From positions 1-64,000 of the forward strand of contig JAVJSW010000046.1 in NCBI GenBank assembly GCA_040219255.1: a DNA stretch of 64,000 bases, read 5' to 3'. Source of the stretch: Sumerlaeia bacterium. GTDB lineage: Bacteria > Sumerlaeota > Sumerlaeia > SLMS01 > JAHLLQ01. Of this stretch, positions 61,856-64,000 are shown one piece after another. Under the pieces are notes generated by a model, which saw nothing but the letters and a program-made list of their open reading frames with translations, was not told where the DNA came from and made no database searches. Position 1 is the first letter of the stretch. Every line of letters starts with the position of its first letter. The translations under genes and the position numbers were made by a program.

Positions 61856-62854
61856 TTGAGCGCTTGGATTTGGACAGTCGTTTTGGTGGCCGCCGCCTGG
61901 CTGACCAACTGGGGAGCCGATCATTTGGTCGGGCCGTTTCAGAAGGTGCGCCGCCGCTGGGGCCTGACGGGCGTGGGCGGGGCGTGTCTGATCGGCATTT
62001 TCACCGGCAGCCCGGAATACACCACCAACTCCGTCAGCGCCCTGCGCGGCGTGTCCGACATCGGCCTGGGCAACATGCTCGGGGCGAACATTTTCTCCAT
62101 ACCGCTGGTGATCACCGTCGGCTGGCTGGCCCAGCGCTTCGGCCCCGTCGAACGCACCGAGGACGGGCGCCCGCTCCTGCATCTGGAACACGCCACCATC
62201 ACGGTGCTGACGGTGCCGTACCTGGGGATCGTCGCTCTGGTGGGGCTCCTGACGCTGCCGGCGGGGTGGCGCGGGCTGCAACCCATCGATGGGTGGATCA
62301 TGCTGGGGGCCTATTTGGCGTTCCTGGTGCAGGGGCTTTTGCGGGGCCGGGGCGAATCGCACCGTGAACGCTGGACCGCCCGCGGCATCGCCATGGCGCT
62401 GCTGGGTGTGGGGGCGCTGGGGCTGGGGGCGTACCTGATCGTGCGCTCGACCGAGCAGATCGCCAACGCGCTGGGGATTTCGCACCTGGTGGGCGGATTG
62501 TTCCTCGCCGGGTTGGCATCCATCGTGCCCGAGGCCCTCAAGACCTGGAAACTGGTCCGCGCCGGCCAGGCCACCGCCGGCGCCACCAGCGTCATTCCCG
62601 ACAACGCCGTCACCATGACGCTCGGTTTTTTGCCGCTGGCGCTGGTGGGAACGGCGATCGAGGATTTCCGCCTTTACTGCGTGAACCTGGCTGCGGCGTT
62701 CCTGCTGGCGGCGGTCTTCGCCGTGGTCACCTACACCGGCAGCCGCGAGCGCGGCATCGACCTGCGCGAAGTCCTTTGGCTCGATGGAATTTGCGTGGCG
62801 TGGGTGGGGGTTGTGGGGTGGCTGATCGCCACCGGTCAGATTCAGCAAGGCTAG
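61856..62854 (+). CDS. Sodium:calcium antiporter (CaCA/YrbG-like)
   Basis: Two alpha-repeats (GSPE...GNMLGANI and SIVPE...DN) and about ten TM segments. TTG start after GGAGG. Confidence 0.85.
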   Translation: MSAWIWTVVLVAAAWLTNWGADHLVGPFQKVRRRWGLTGVGGACLIGIFTGSPEYTTNSVSALRGVSDIGLGNMLGANIFSIPLVITVGWLAQRFGPVERTEDGRPLLHLEHATITVLTVPYLGIVALVGLLTLPAGWRGLQPIDGWIMLGAYLAFLVQGLLRGRGESHRERWTARGIAMALLGVGALGLGAYLIVRSTEQIANALGISHLVGGLFLAGLASIVPEALKTWKLVRAGQATAGATSVIPDNAVTMTLGFLPLALVGTAIEDFRLYCVNLAAAFLLAAVFAVVTYTGSRERGIDLREVLWLDGICVAWVGVVGWLIATGQIQQG

Positions 62855-62874
62855 CCTCAGCCGCCGCCGAAAAA

Positions 62875-62925
62875 CCGCACACCGTTAAAACCCACAAGAA
62901 ACCCAGCGGTTAGTCACGCGACAGG
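62875..62925. repeat. 51-bp direct repeat, copy 2
   Basis: 47/51 identical to 59479-59529. Confidence 0.9.
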
Positions 62926-63011
62926 CCGCCCTCTTTTCCATACCTTAGGCGCACTTCAATTCCGGAGGCCACGTCCCATGACGCGCACCGCTCGCTACAC
63001 CGAAAATATTG

Positions 63012-63150
63012 TTTTAGCCACAGATGAACACAGATCTCGCAGATGGTGGGGCGCGGGTGGGGGAGGCACTGAGGGAGAAAAAGGGATCTCACAAATCCAA
63101 CCCATCTGCGCCCATCCGCATCATCTGCGGCAAGAACCCTTCGTGCCTCC
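63012..63150. repeat. Periodic inverted-repeat (hairpin/MITE-like) element, copy 2
   Basis: TTTTAGCCACAGATGAACACAGATCTCGCAGAT... / ...ATCTGCGCCCATCCGCATCATCTGCGGCAA, with tail CCTTCGTGCCTCC. Confidence 0.8.
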
Positions 63151-63172
63151 GCGATGCCATAAGGTGTGGAGA

Positions 63173-63838
63173 TCAGGTGGTTGCGAACAAACCTTCCTGG
63201 CGGCGCAAGTCTGCTTCGCGAAGAATAGTAAGGTATCTCTCTTCGAGCTGATTCGGCGAGATAAAAATCTCGTTATAGTGTCCGTCGAATTGGAAAGGAA
63301 TGTAACCCTTGATCAGAAATTGCCGAAGGTCGAACTGAGATGTGGGAATCTGAATATGATAGAAGAAGGTCTCCAGAGTGACTTTCTCTGGTTCGATTCG
63401 CAGAAATCCGTAAAGCTCATCACGGCAATCCTTGCCGAGCGGACTCTCCCCCCAGTGAGAGAGAACCACCAAGTCGGTCAGGTCGGGCTCAAGCCACCAT
63501 TCCGATTTTTTTCGACGGTACTCTTTCATCAAATCTTTACGAGCTTGGTAGTGAAATGCGGTCTTGGCCGGTTTGGCCTTATAGGTGAAATAAAAATACA
63601 TTCCGAGGGCCCCGCCAATCAATCCTGGCGTGAAACTACGAGTGGTTTCTTCGAAGTCGCCGGACCAAGCGGCGGGAAGGAGGTGGTTGAACAATGTATC
63701 CACAAAGGAAGAGAAAATGAGAATAAGGAGGACGCTGCAAAAGAAGTTGCTTCGGATGTCCCGCCGGGACGCCCGACCGCCCGACCATCGAGCCCAGCGG
63801 CTGGTTTTCTTCAATTCGTAGGCGAACGCCGTGTTCAT
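63173..63838 (-). CDS. Hypothetical membrane protein, lower GC than flanks
   Basis: 221-aa ORF with two hydrophobic segments and AT-richer codons. Confidence 0.55.
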   Translation of the reverse strand: MNTAFAYELKKTSRWARWSGGRASRRDIRSNFFCSVLLILIFSSFVDTLFNHLLPAAWSGDFEETTRSFTPGLIGGALGMYFYFTYKAKPAKTAFHYQARKDLMKEYRRKKSEWWLEPDLTDLVVLSHWGESPLGKDCRDELYGFLRIEPEKVTLETFFYHIQIPTSQFDLRQFLIKGYIPFQFDGHYNEIFISPNQLEERYLTILREADLRRQEGLFATT

Positions 63839-64000
63839 GCGGGGCCCTCCGACATCGGCATCATCGACATCAGTCTCTTCCTCGCCCTGCCTTCCATGGA
63901 TATGTCGAAGACGCGGCGCCTCCCAGCGTACTCGAACCAGAGAGTACCTGTTTCAAGGAAGGAGTTGAAATCGAAGCGATCCGTCGGAATCCGGACGTGG

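Overview
GC-rich bacterial chromosome segment. A Sumerlaeota/BRC1-like origin is a tentative guess, based only on short C-terminal W-x-x-Y-type tails on secreted proteins. Bases 1-11140 look like one end of an integrated mobile element. It carries the 3' end of a group IIC intron, a translationally coupled four-gene putative defence operon (excisionase-type HTH; PLD-nuclease/SNF2 helicase; N6-adenine methyltransferase fused to a DUF3800-like domain; small RelE/PBECR-like protein), a frameshifted ORF and an HUH rolling-circle Rep. The most striking observation is at the element boundary. A bcp peroxiredoxin gene is cut off two codons before its catalytic Cys, and an intact bcp paralog lies just inside the boundary, recoded most heavily in the codons matching the break point. 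The rest is core or semi-core: vat-like acetyltransferase, ArnT-like glycosyltransferase, pgi, gltA, two CNNM proteins, Rrf2-cydAB, rpoN with a large insertion, grpE-dnaJ-clpB plus two hsp20, pgm, gluconokinase, RND and MacB-type efflux systems, sucC, a stand-alone rpsN, a C25 peptidase, katG, SulP and a Na/Ca antiporter. Non-coding highlights are two families of inverted-repeat elements with 9-10-nt periodicity (one duplicates the clpB RBS and start codon), a 51-bp direct repeat, and an RGPP-type leader ORF. No rRNA, tRNA or CRISPR array was seen. All family assignments come from motif recognition by eye, with no database search.
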